Source: an uncultured Candidatus Saccharimonadales bacterium (GTDB taxonomy: Bacteria > Patescibacteriota > Saccharimonadia > UBA4664). Taken from it: a stretch of 64,000 bases of DNA. Position 1 is the stretch's first letter. The number at the start of each line of letters is the position of its first letter. Positions 1 through 9,600 of the stretch are shown here, one piece after another. Made by a program: the position numbers and the translations under genes. The notes beneath the pieces are model-generated. The model saw only the letters and a list, made by a program, of their open reading frames with translations. It searched no databases and had not been told where the DNA came from. Location: contig CAZSRA010000001.1 in the NCBI GenBank assembly GCA_964609585.1, forward strand, positions 45,816 through 109,815, in the 5' to 3' direction.

Positions 1-2
1 AA

Positions 3-3000
3 ATTTATGTAAATACGTCTGGTACGGCCCACACGGTGGCCGCGACTGATAGCGCAGCGAGCGGGGCGACGACGCTTTCGGCTGAGGCGATTAACCTGAC
101 GGGTACCGATAACGCTAGTGGCTCGAACGCCCTAACGGGTCTTAATTTCGGAAACGTGACGGCGCACACAAACAACAGCTACTACGGTCTCAATTTTGGC
201 ACTGGTTTGACGGACATTCTGCGCTACAACAACACGACGCAGTTGATCTCGGGAACGGGGATTTTGCAAAATGCGGCGATTGGGTCGGGGGTAAACTATT
301 CGAACCTAACGCAAGTGGGAACGCTTACAAGTGGGGCGTTGGGGACGGGTTTTACCACTGTGGCGCCGGCTCAGGGTGGCACGGGGCAAACGACGTATAC
401 GGATGGGCAACTCCTGATTGGTAATTCGACTGGCAATACGCTTACCAAAGCCACACTTACCGGGACGGCAAACCGCCTGAGCGTGACGAATGGTAGCGGT
501 TCGATCACGCTGAATGTAGATACAACGCAGTTTCCGAGCTCGGCTGGGGCGAATACGGTTTTGGTGTCGTCTGGTGCGAATGCAGCGAGTTGGGTGGCCA
601 ATACAGCTGCCAATGTCTGCTCGGACTGTATCGTGAAAGTGCCGGCGGTGGGGCAAAACGTGATTGCGCCGACGGCAGCTAGCGTGGTGGGTCTGACCGT
701 GAAGGGGACGACGAACGGGACAACCGGCAATGTGCTCGAGATCTTTAATGCTAATGCGTCGCCAACGCGGCAGGATTTCTTTGATGCGGCTGGATCTTTG
801 AATGTGGCTCAGGTAGTCCAGCCGACGACTAACAATGCGGTTGACTTGGGTGTGTCGGGTACGGCGTTTCGAACGGGCTATTTTGGTACCAGCGTGCTAG
901 CACCTACATTTGATACGCCAAGTGGTACGACGACGCTCAATGTGGGCACGACGAATGCGACGGCAGGCATAAACTTGAATCAATCAACGACGGTGGCGGC
1001 TAATAAGAACCTTACCTTGGCGGGTGGGGCGGGTACGTTTAGCCAAGCTTACACATCGGCTTCGGTGTCGAGCGCACAGGTGGTTTCGATTACGAACACC
1101 AATACGGGTGCCGGGGTGGCGATCCAGGGAGTGGACTTGACGCCCAATAACACTGCGACGGCGACTTCGGGCTCGAATGTCGTGAATGTGGTGAACTTTA
1201 ATGGTAGCGGGGCTCTAGGCGGCACGGATATCACGAACGGGATTAACTTTGCGTCGGCGACGGGATACACGAATTATTTGAAGACGCCGACGGCGGTGCT
1301 AACAAGTGGCGGCGCGTTTACGGGTTTGACGGGGGTGACGCTTGCGAGTGGGAATATAACGACGCCTGGGAATATTTCCACGAGTAGTAGCGGGACGATA
1401 ACTTCGGCTAGTACGGTGACGGTAGGTTCGTTTGCGGCGGCGACGAGTAATGTGGTGTGCTCGAATGCGGGGACGTTGTCTACTTGTAATGCTAACCCGT
1501 CGGGCGTGACGCTGCAGCAAGCGTATAACGCAGGAAATACGATCCTAACGGGTGCTAACGATATTGCGTTTACGCTTGCGGGTAGCCAAAACTTCACGGT
1601 GGCGACGGCGGCAGCGGCGACGGGATCAACGACGTTTTCGTTGACGAATGGCTCAAATCCAACGCCGCCAGCTCAGTTGGTCTTGATAACGAATAATGAT
1701 ACAGATCAAACGTTGGCGGCAGGACTGAAGGTGACGAGCGCGGCCGGGACGATTACGACCGCGATTGATGTGTCTGGGGCAAACTTTACGAACGCGATTG
1801 CGCTGGGTGCGAATAAGGTGCTGGGTGGGGCGGCGTCGATTGCGTTTACGAACTTTACAGTGTCGGGTGCGGGCGCGGTGGTGGGTGTGGGCGTGAATTC
1901 GGGGACGGGTCTTTTGCAGGGGACAGGTGGGTTGACGGTGACGGGTGCCACGAACATTAATGCAACCGGTACAGCGCTCACGAATTTGGGGAACTCAACT
2001 GGGGTGCTAACGGTGGCATCGGGTGGGTCGAGTGCTTGGGCGAATACGGCTGGGAATTTGGCGATTTCAACGGTGACGTCGGGCAACATCAGTGTGGCCT
2101 CGGTGGGAACCTTAGCTCTTTCGGGTACTAATTTTACCTTATCGACGGCAGGAGCGGTGACGCTGCTTGGTGGGCAGACGGCGGACATCACGACACTCGC
2201 CGGTGCGGCGCCGACAGCTTTGGTTTTCCAGCCTGGTAGTAATAATACGGCGACTTCGACGGGAGCAGCGTTTACGCTCCAGGCGGGTAATGATTCGGGA
2301 ACGACGGCTTCGACGGGCGGGCTTTTGACGCTTAAAGGTGGTAATGCTACGGGTTCTGCGCAGGTTGGGGGCGGGGTGACGATTGACTCGGGCAGTGGGA
2401 CGACGGGGGGTGCGATTGCGGTGGGGACAGCGAATGCTGCGTCGCTTGCGCTTGGCCGTAGCGGGGTAACAACGACGGCGAATGGAACGCTGCAAGTCGG
2501 GGCATCGGCAGGAACTGGGGCGTTTGTAAATAACGGCACCACGAAGAACGCGACGCTAGCGATTGGCGATACGGCTTCGGGGCCGATTGGTTCGGCTGCG
2601 ACTACGGTGGATATTTACACTTCCTTTACCATTAATCAGACTACAACGGTGGGTGCGACGTTGACGGTGCCAACGCCTACCGCGGGGGCAGGGCCTTCCA
2701 CGGGACGAGTGATTTATGTGGCGAACATTGGTACGAAGGGCTTTACGCTGCTAACGGGGGGAGCTACTTTGAGTCCGAGTAGTAGTGCCACCCTGGTGTT
2801 TAACGGCACTGCTTGGACGTTTGCTGGAGCGGATGGGAGTGGAATTTTGAATCAAAACACCACGGACCAGACGGCTGATTTTCGGATTTCGGGGACGGGC
2901 CGGGCGAATACCAGCTTCATTTCGCCAACGTTTGACGCGATTGCGGCGGGGACTTTGAATTTTGGTAACGCGACGGCGACGACGATTCAGGTGGGTACAA

Positions 3001-6000
3001 ATGGTGCGAGTAACCCGATTATCAATTTGGACTCCGGTACAAGCAACATCAACATTGGTACGGGTGGACAGGCGCGGACGATTGCGATAGGAACAGGTGC
3101 ATCGGTGGTGCAGACGATTAATATTGGCGGGAACGGCTCTAATGTGATTGGCCTCGGTAATGCACAGGCGTCGGGGTCGGTAGGCATCGGAACGGCCATG
3201 ACTACCGGTAGCGTGACCATTGGTGGTGGTACGAGCGCGACTACTACTTTGCAGGCAGGGTCGGGCAACATTAATTTGAATGCTGCTGCGGTGGCTACGA
3301 ATCAGACGACGATCGCTCTCTTTAATGCGACGGCTACGACGGTGAACGCTTTTGGCGCGGCAACTGCAATTACGATGGGGACGACGAATGCAGTGGTGAC
3401 ATACGGTGGCGGTGCGGCAGCTACTTTGCGGACGAGTGGGGGCGCACTAACGGTGACATCGGCGGCGGCGGCTACCTGGAGCACGGCGGCTGGGGCATTG
3501 ACGATATCGGGTGCCGGTGGGGCGACGGTGACTTCGGGCAATGTCTCTGGGGCAGCTACAAATGACGTACTTTTGACATCCGGTAACGTGACCTCAGGGG
3601 CGTTTGCTTCGGGTAACGCGAAAGTGGATGTGGGTACTTCAACGGGTACAACGGGCACGGTAAGCATTGGGGCAACGAATGCCAGCGGGGTGACGATTGG
3701 GAGGTCGACGACCACCACGACGAACGTGGGTAACTTAACGACGGGTACGGCGGGGAGCTCAGTATTTACCAACAACAGTGCCACATTGAATACGGCGCTG
3801 GCGTTAGGGGATTTGGCGACAGGTTTCATGGGTGCCTCGGCGGCAGCTACGGTGGACGTGTACACGGCGTTTACCATCGCGCCGGCGGCTTCGGGGCGAT
3901 CTTACACGATACGATCACCCACGAGCACGGCGGCTGGACGGGTGATTTATGTGAGCAATATTCATGCCACGAGTAGTTTTACCTTGGTGGCTAACTCGAG
4001 CGTTTTGATTAATCCGGGGGTGACGGCCACGCTGGTATGGAATGGGGCGGCGTGGACGTTTGCCGGGACGGACGCGAGTAGTTTGCAGGCGGCGTACAAC
4101 AACTCGACTGATCCGGAAATTACGTTGGGACCGGCTTCGACCGCAGGTATTTCGATTCGAGATAATGCAACGCCGATTAGTGGAAACTTGCTAGAGGTCC
4201 AAAACAATGGTGGTACTACTTCGTATCTGGCCGTGACGGCAGCGGCGGCAACGCTGAATAATGATTTGCTGTTCGTAAAAGAGACGAACCACAAAATCCA
4301 GATTAGTGATTCGACAACTGCGGCAGCGGCTGGAGGTAATCTGACGGTGCAGGCGGCAGCGGGTAACACCTCTGGGCTAGGCGGCAACTTGGTACTCAAC
4401 GCGGGTGCCGGTGGGAATGCGGCGGCCGGCGGACAAGTACAGATTACGGCTGGGGCAGCGGGTGGCGGCAATAATAATGGTGGCCAGGCTTATTTGCAGG
4501 GTGGTACGGCTACTGGCAGCGGAACGGGGGGCACGGCCAGCCTCTTGGGCGGTCTGGCGAACTCGACGGCTGGTTCGTTGTCGGTAGGTGGGGCTGTGGC
4601 AATAACGGGGCAAACCGGTGCTACCGGCTTGAATGCGACCTCGGGTGCAGCGGGTGGTGCCGTGACGATTACCAGTGGATCTGGTGGTGCGGGTACGGTT
4701 ACAAACTCTTCGGGTGGCAATGCGGCAGATGTGGTGATTACCGCTGGAAATGGTGGAGCGGCTACCGGATCGGGGACGAATGGTAATGGTGGAAATGTGC
4801 GAATAACCGCGGGTAATGCTGGCGGTACGGCCAATGGTACGCCTGGTGTGGTGCAGATTGATACACCGGTATTTACGGCCAACACTGAGACGTTTACGCA
4901 GACGTCGAATAACCAGGCATTTAACTCGGGCACAGATCCGGCACTTCAGACGAATATCGATAGCTTTAGCACGATCGTTATGAATGTGACGGGTGCTTTT
5001 TCAGGCGCCACCATTACGGTTCCGTCGCCCCGCAATACCTTGTCGGGCCGGGTGGTTTACATTACGGTAGCAAACGGATCGGTGTCGTTTACGATGTCGG
5101 CCACGAGTATGCCGAACTTGAACATGTTGCCGAATGATATTGCGATGCTGGTATGGAATGGAACGAACTGGACAGCCAGTATTGCCGCGAACTCATTGCA
5201 ACAGGTGTACAACAGTACTTCGACGGCGCCGGCTTCGATTGTAACGACATCGACGACGAAGACTATTACGGTACAGGCAGGGGCTGGATTTAACGCCGCG
5301 AACTTGTTTGTGGTGGCTAACTCTAATAGCTCGAGCGTGATAGCGGTGGATTCAACGCCGATTAACACGATTATTTCGAATCAGAGCTTTGAGGGTCCGA
5401 GTGTGGCTGGTTGGACGTATTCGGGGACGCCGGGTAGCGTGGCCACTAACTCAACTGAGCACTATATTGGCGCGAGTAGCATGGCTGTGACTACCACAAA
5501 CAATACGAACCAGGGTGCGAAATATGTGACGGGCAATACTTCGCCAACTCAGCTGGCCGTTTCCACGACTTACACGTTGTCGTGGTACGCAAAATCGTCG
5601 AACGCTTTTACTGATATGATGGCGGCCTATGCTCGTGCGGGTAGTGCTGAAACTCAGACATGTACGCCGAGTGATCAGGTGGTGTCAACGAGCGGTTGGA
5701 AGCGGTTTACCTGCTCGTTTACGACTGATAGCACAGCGCCAGCCTCGACGGCGTTCATTGTGATCCGCGATACGGCGGCGAGTGTGCGTACCTTCTATGT
5801 GGATGGGGTGCAGATTGAAGCAGCGGCCGTGGCGAACCCATTTCATGAAGCGGCGGTGCAGTTAAACGGAGTGGTGACTTCGCCGGTGGCATTGCAGAAT
5901 GCGAGCGATTCTACTACGGCGCTCCTTATACAGAACTCGACGGCATCGAACACGCTTTTGCGGGTGGATACGCTCAATAACGTGCTCGTAATGGGTGATT

Positions 6001-6617
6001 CTACCAATAATGTGACGATTGCCTCTACTCGCGAGCCGACGTTGAACGGCACGGCACGGCATGCAAAATCAATTCGGCTGAATGCAGAATATGCAGGTGC
6101 GATTCTCGATACTGGCGGTTCGTCGAGCATTTTGGGAACGATGACGGCGGCGATTGATACGGGGCAGAATCCGGACCTGACATACTACAAATGGACGACG
6201 TCTCAGGCGACAGCTCAAAGCTATGATGTGGTGGTGAACGTGCCGGTGCCGGATGATTGGGCGGCTTGGACAGGTAGCCCGACGTTTAAGGTGTACACCA
6301 GTGGTGGTACGGGTTATAGCGTAGTCGCGACGATTACAGAGACGAACGGCACCACGAACGACCCGAGCTATAACACGTTTACTATGTTGGATGGTAGCCA
6401 CAACAACACGACGGCGACGTGGCTGACGGTGAGCAACCCGAACGGAGCGACGTACACCAATAATACGACGGCGCCGGCGCTAGCTTCGGGTGCGGCGTAT
6501 GCGGCGGGTGGGATTATGACAGTGCGGATTCACTTGGTGGCGGCACCGCCGGTGTCGAATGTGGCGCAGGAGGTACGGATTGGCGACATTACCTTCCCAT
6601 ACGTGAGCCGGTGGTAG
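3..6617 (+). CDS. Giant secreted/surface protein, 5'-partial. The frame is open from the window edge and the track starts it at GTG 36. It is Thr/Gly/Ser/Ala/Asn-rich, with three ~100-aa internal repeat units, a Gly-rich 'ITAG(N)GG' repeat block and a CBM4_9-like carbohydrate-binding domain near the C-terminus.
   Basis: There is no in-frame stop between position 3 and 36. The composition is low-complexity TGSAN-rich. The motif GRV(I/V)Y(V/I)...LVWNG(A/T)AWTF occurs three times (nt ~2611-2890, ~3853-4130, ~4955-5215). A segment at nt ~5377-5820 has the CBM4_9 pattern (NQSFE..W.....Y.LSWYAKSS....W..F....FYVDGVQIE). A shared motif 'YNxSTxPEI...GNLLEVQNNGGTTSY' also occurs in the 987-aa protein. 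Confidence 0.75.
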   Translation: MYVNTSGTAHTVAATDSAASGATTLSAEAINLTGTDNASGSNALTGLNFGNVTAHTNNSYYGLNFGTGLTDILRYNNTTQLISGTGILQNAAIGSGVNYSNLTQVGTLTSGALGTGFTTVAPAQGGTGQTTYTDGQLLIGNSTGNTLTKATLTGTANRLSVTNGSGSITLNVDTTQFPSSAGANTVLVSSGANAASWVANTAANVCSDCIVKVPAVGQNVIAPTAASVVGLTVKGTTNGTTGNVLEIFNANASPTRQDFFDAAGSLNVAQVVQPTTNNAVDLGVSGTAFRTGYFGTSVLAPTFDTPSGTTTLNVGTTNATAGINLNQSTTVAANKNLTLAGGAGTFSQAYTSASVSSAQVVSITNTNTGAGVAIQGVDLTPNNTATATSGSNVVNVVNFNGSGALGGTDITNGINFASATGYTNYLKTPTAVLTSGGAFTGLTGVTLASGNITTPGNISTSSSGTITSASTVTVGSFAAATSNVVCSNAGTLSTCNANPSGVTLQQAYNAGNTILTGANDIAFTLAGSQNFTVATAAAATGSTTFSLTNGSNPTPPAQLVLITNNDTDQTLAAGLKVTSAAGTITTAIDVSGANFTNAIALGANKVLGGAASIAFTNFTVSGAGAVVGVGVNSGTGLLQGTGGLTVTGATNINATGTALTNLGNSTGVLTVASGGSSAWANTAGNLAISTVTSGNISVASVGTLALSGTNFTLSTAGAVTLLGGQTADITTLAGAAPTALVFQPGSNNTATSTGAAFTLQAGNDSGTTASTGGLLTLKGGNATGSAQVGGGVTIDSGSGTTGGAIAVGTANAASLALGRSGVTTTANGTLQVGASAGTGAFVNNGTTKNATLAIGDTASGPIGSAATTVDIYTSFTINQTTTVGATLTVPTPTAGAGPSTGRVIYVANIGTKGFTLLTGGATLSPSSSATLVFNGTAWTFAGADGSGILNQNTTDQTADFRISGTGRANTSFISPTFDAIAAGTLNFGNATATTIQVGTNGASNPIINLDSGTSNINIGTGGQARTIAIGTGASVVQTINIGGNGSNVIGLGNAQASGSVGIGTAMTTGSVTIGGGTSATTTLQAGSGNINLNAAAVATNQTTIALFNATATTVNAFGAATAITMGTTNAVVTYGGGAAATLRTSGGALTVTSAAAATWSTAAGALTISGAGGATVTSGNVSGAATNDVLLTSGNVTSGAFASGNAKVDVGTSTGTTGTVSIGATNASGVTIGRSTTTTTNVGNLTTGTAGSSVFTNNSATLNTALALGDLATGFMGASAAATVDVYTAFTIAPAASGRSYTIRSPTSTAAGRVIYVSNIHATSSFTLVANSSVLINPGVTATLVWNGAAWTFAGTDASSLQAAYNNSTDPEITLGPASTAGISIRDNATPISGNLLEVQNNGGTTSYLAVTAAAATLNNDLLFVKETNHKIQISDSTTAAAAGGNLTVQAAAGNTSGLGGNLVLNAGAGGNAAAGGQVQITAGAAGGGNNNGGQAYLQGGTATGSGTGGTASLLGGLANSTAGSLSVGGAVAITGQTGATGLNATSGAAGGAVTITSGSGGAGTVTNSSGGNAADVVITAGNGGAATGSGTNGNGGNVRITAGNAGGTANGTPGVVQIDTPVFTANTETFTQTSNNQAFNSGTDPALQTNIDSFSTIVMNVTGAFSGATITVPSPRNTLSGRVVYITVANGSVSFTMSATSMPNLNMLPNDIAMLVWNGTNWTASIAANSLQQVYNSTSTAPASIVTTSTTKTITVQAGAGFNAANLFVVANSNSSSVIAVDSTPINTIISNQSFEGPSVAGWTYSGTPGSVATNSTEHYIGASSMAVTTTNNTNQGAKYVTGNTSPTQLAVSTTYTLSWYAKSSNAFTDMMAAYARAGSAETQTCTPSDQVVSTSGWKRFTCSFTTDSTAPASTAFIVIRDTAASVRTFYVDGVQIEAAAVANPFHEAAVQLNGVVTSPVALQNASDSTTALLIQNSTASNTLLRVDTLNNVLVMGDSTNNVTIASTREPTLNGTARHAKSIRLNAEYAGAILDTGGSSSILGTMTAAIDTGQNPDLTYYKWTTSQATAQSYDVVVNVPVPDDWAAWTGSPTFKVYTSGGTGYSVVATITETNGTTNDPSYNTFTMLDGSHNNTTATWLTVSNPNGATYTNNTTAPALASGAAYAAGGIMTVRIHLVAAPPVSNVAQEVRIGDITFPYVSRW

Positions 6618-6620
6618 GGT

Positions 6621-9600
6621 TTGATACTGAGAGCGCGACAGATTATGCTTATGGTAATGAGTGATGGAGCCCAGAAATTTTGGCGTAGGTTGATGCTGGA
6701 GCGCAGGCGGGCGCTGGGTTCGGCTGCGCGCCTGCGAGCTAGGGGCTGGCAAGGAGTCAAACGGGTCGACATTCGAAAGCCGCTTCATGCGTTATCGATA
6801 GCTGTGATACTAGCTGGAATCGTAGCGCCAATTGCGGATTGGGTGGCGACCAACGAGCAATATCGGATGAGTGACGCTATTAAAGCAGTAGCGGAGAGTG
6901 CGGCACCGGATTTTGAGAATAAGTTGCTGTATGACGGGTCTAAGCATGCCAGCATTTTTAATGCAGCAGGTGGGGATGTGGGTAAGGACGCCCTGGCTGG
7001 GGAGGTAGGTGGCGGGAAAAATCAGCTTTATACGAGTACGCTGCCGGATGATCCGTCGCAGGGAGTTGAAGTAGCGGACAATGTGAACCATGTGTCGGTA
7101 AGATTTGTGCCGCAGATGGGGCTTTTGGGTGGGCGCACCGAGAATGGGCATGTGGTGTATCCGCTCAAAGACGCAGCCGGGCAAATGATTTTTACGCCCA
7201 AAGGCAACGGATTGAAGGAAGATATTGTTTTAACAACTGCGCCGAAGAACGACGTGGTGGAATTTCATTATCATTTAGTGTTTCCGAGTTCACTCGTGGC
7301 CCGGCTGGAAGATGATGGGAGCATTGGGTTTTATAGTGGTGACCCGCAGCTGTTTGGCAACATTAGCTATGGGAGCGACAAAGACCGAGCGGCGGTGGAT
7401 AAGGCTCGTGAGAATTCCCCAAAGACGTACCTGATGTTTAGGATTCCGGCGCCGCGAATACGGGAGACCGGTAAGAGCACGACTGTGGCGGCGCGGTTTA
7501 ACCTGAGTGGAAACGATTTGACGGTGAGAGCGGCGGGTCTGGGTAAGGCCCATTATCCGCTTTCGATCGACCCAACGTTTTTGCTGACGTCGACGGCGGA
7601 TTTTGTGTTGGGCTCAATTGATGACAACATTGATCTTTCGGTAGCAAACCAGGTGGGGCGGCAGGCCTTGGTGGGTGGGTCGACACCAGGCTGGACGGCT
7701 CTTGCAGCACCGAACCTTACGTATGCGAACTTTGCTTCGTCGCTCGTGGCCTACAACGGATTTTTGTATCTGATTGGTGGTGGTAGTGGCAACAACACCA
7801 CGAATGGTGGGGCCGGTGCTTCGGGTACAACGAGTAATGATGTGCGTTATATTTGTTTGAACCCGACCACGGGGGCGCTCGGGACGAACGGTGGTTGTAC
7901 GCCGGCGGCCTGGACCAACACGGGCAACTCGCTTTTGGGGACGGCGCGCCAGGGATTGGTGGCATTTGGTTTTAATGGGTATTTGTACGCGATTGGTGGA
8001 GAAGACAATAGCGGCAACCCTATCACGACAGCGTCGGGTCACACGGTGGAATACGCCAAGATTAACTCGGACGGGACGGTGGGGACGTGGAATTATGGGT
8101 CGAGTTTGAATACGGCGCGGAGTTATCCGGCGGGGGCGATTTATCAGGGAATTTTGTATGTGATGGGGGGTACAAGCGCCAACAATAACACGACGCCGGT
8201 GTCGACGATTGAATGGGCGCGGATAAAAGGTGACGGGACGCTTGGCACCTGGACGCAATCGACGTCGTCGGCGACGGGGAATTTAACAAGTGCGCGGAGT
8301 AAGTTTCAAGGGGGAGCTTATAACGGATTTGTGTATGTGTCCGGAGGGCAGACTTCTTCGACGACGGTTATTAATACCATCCAGTATGCGCCGATTCACA
8401 GCGATGGGTCGCTCGGCGCGTGGGTGACGACGACGGCGTTTCCGACGGCCAGACGAGATCATGGTATGGCCATTAATAATGGCTATGTGTATGTGTTTGC
8501 CGGGTGTACGGGGGCGGCGGAGCCGTGTGCGAGCTTCATTAAGGATATGCAGTACGCGGTGATTAATCCGGATGGGAGTATTGGGCAATGGCAGAGTTCG
8601 TTGCCCTATGACAGTGGGCACGTCGACAATGTGGCCGATTATAACACGCGTATGCCGGCGGGGGTAACGTCGTACAGTAACCACCTTTATTTTGTGGGTG
8701 GATGCAGTGCTGAGACGGCTACGAATAACTGTGGAACGCAGCTGGTGGGAACGTTTATTTCCAATATTGATGCGGTGGGGCGGTTTGACCAGGGGTTGTC
8801 GAACTTGCAGACGACGGTGCCGTACAACAATAATGCATCGACAGTGGCGCGCATGGGCGGTGGGGCGGTGGCGCTCAATGGGTATTTGTACTACATCAGT
8901 GGGTCGGCGACATCGGGTGGAACGGCGTATTCGAGCGTCGTTGAGGATACGCCGATTAATGCCGATGGAACGCTCGGGACGTTTTCCACGACAACGGCTT
9001 TGCCAGCGTCGGTGGCGGGGGACAATGCTGGACGCGTGGGATTTACGGTGGCGGCGTACAATAATAAGATTTATGTGATTGGTGGCGTGGAGTTGCTCAC
9101 GGCAGGTGGGGACAACTTCATGAAGTATGTGCTCACGGGCACACAAGGTTCGTCGGGGGCGATTACGGGCTGGGTGGTAGAAACGAATACGATCCCGCGG
9201 TTTGTGGGCTCGACTAGTGATGGTGTTGGGTATCATACGACGGTGCAGTGGCACAACTACATTTATGTTATTGGTGGCTTCAACGGCACCCAGGTGAGCG
9301 CGGATATTATGTATTCGCAAATTCAATCCAACGGGACGCTTGGGACCTGGAATACTACTACCAATGGACTGTCGCAGGCGCGATGGGCAGCTGCGGGGGG
9401 GATTTGGGGGAATTGGTTGTACGCCGTCGGAGGAGAGGCGAACGCGGCCGGGACAACATTTGTGGGCACAACGGGCGCCAACCACGCGGTGGAGCAATTT
9501 ACCATTCAAAGTAACGGCAATATTACCTCGGCCTCTACGGGGTATGCATATCCGATATCGCAGCGGCATGCAAATGGGTTTGTGCAAAATGGGTATTTGT

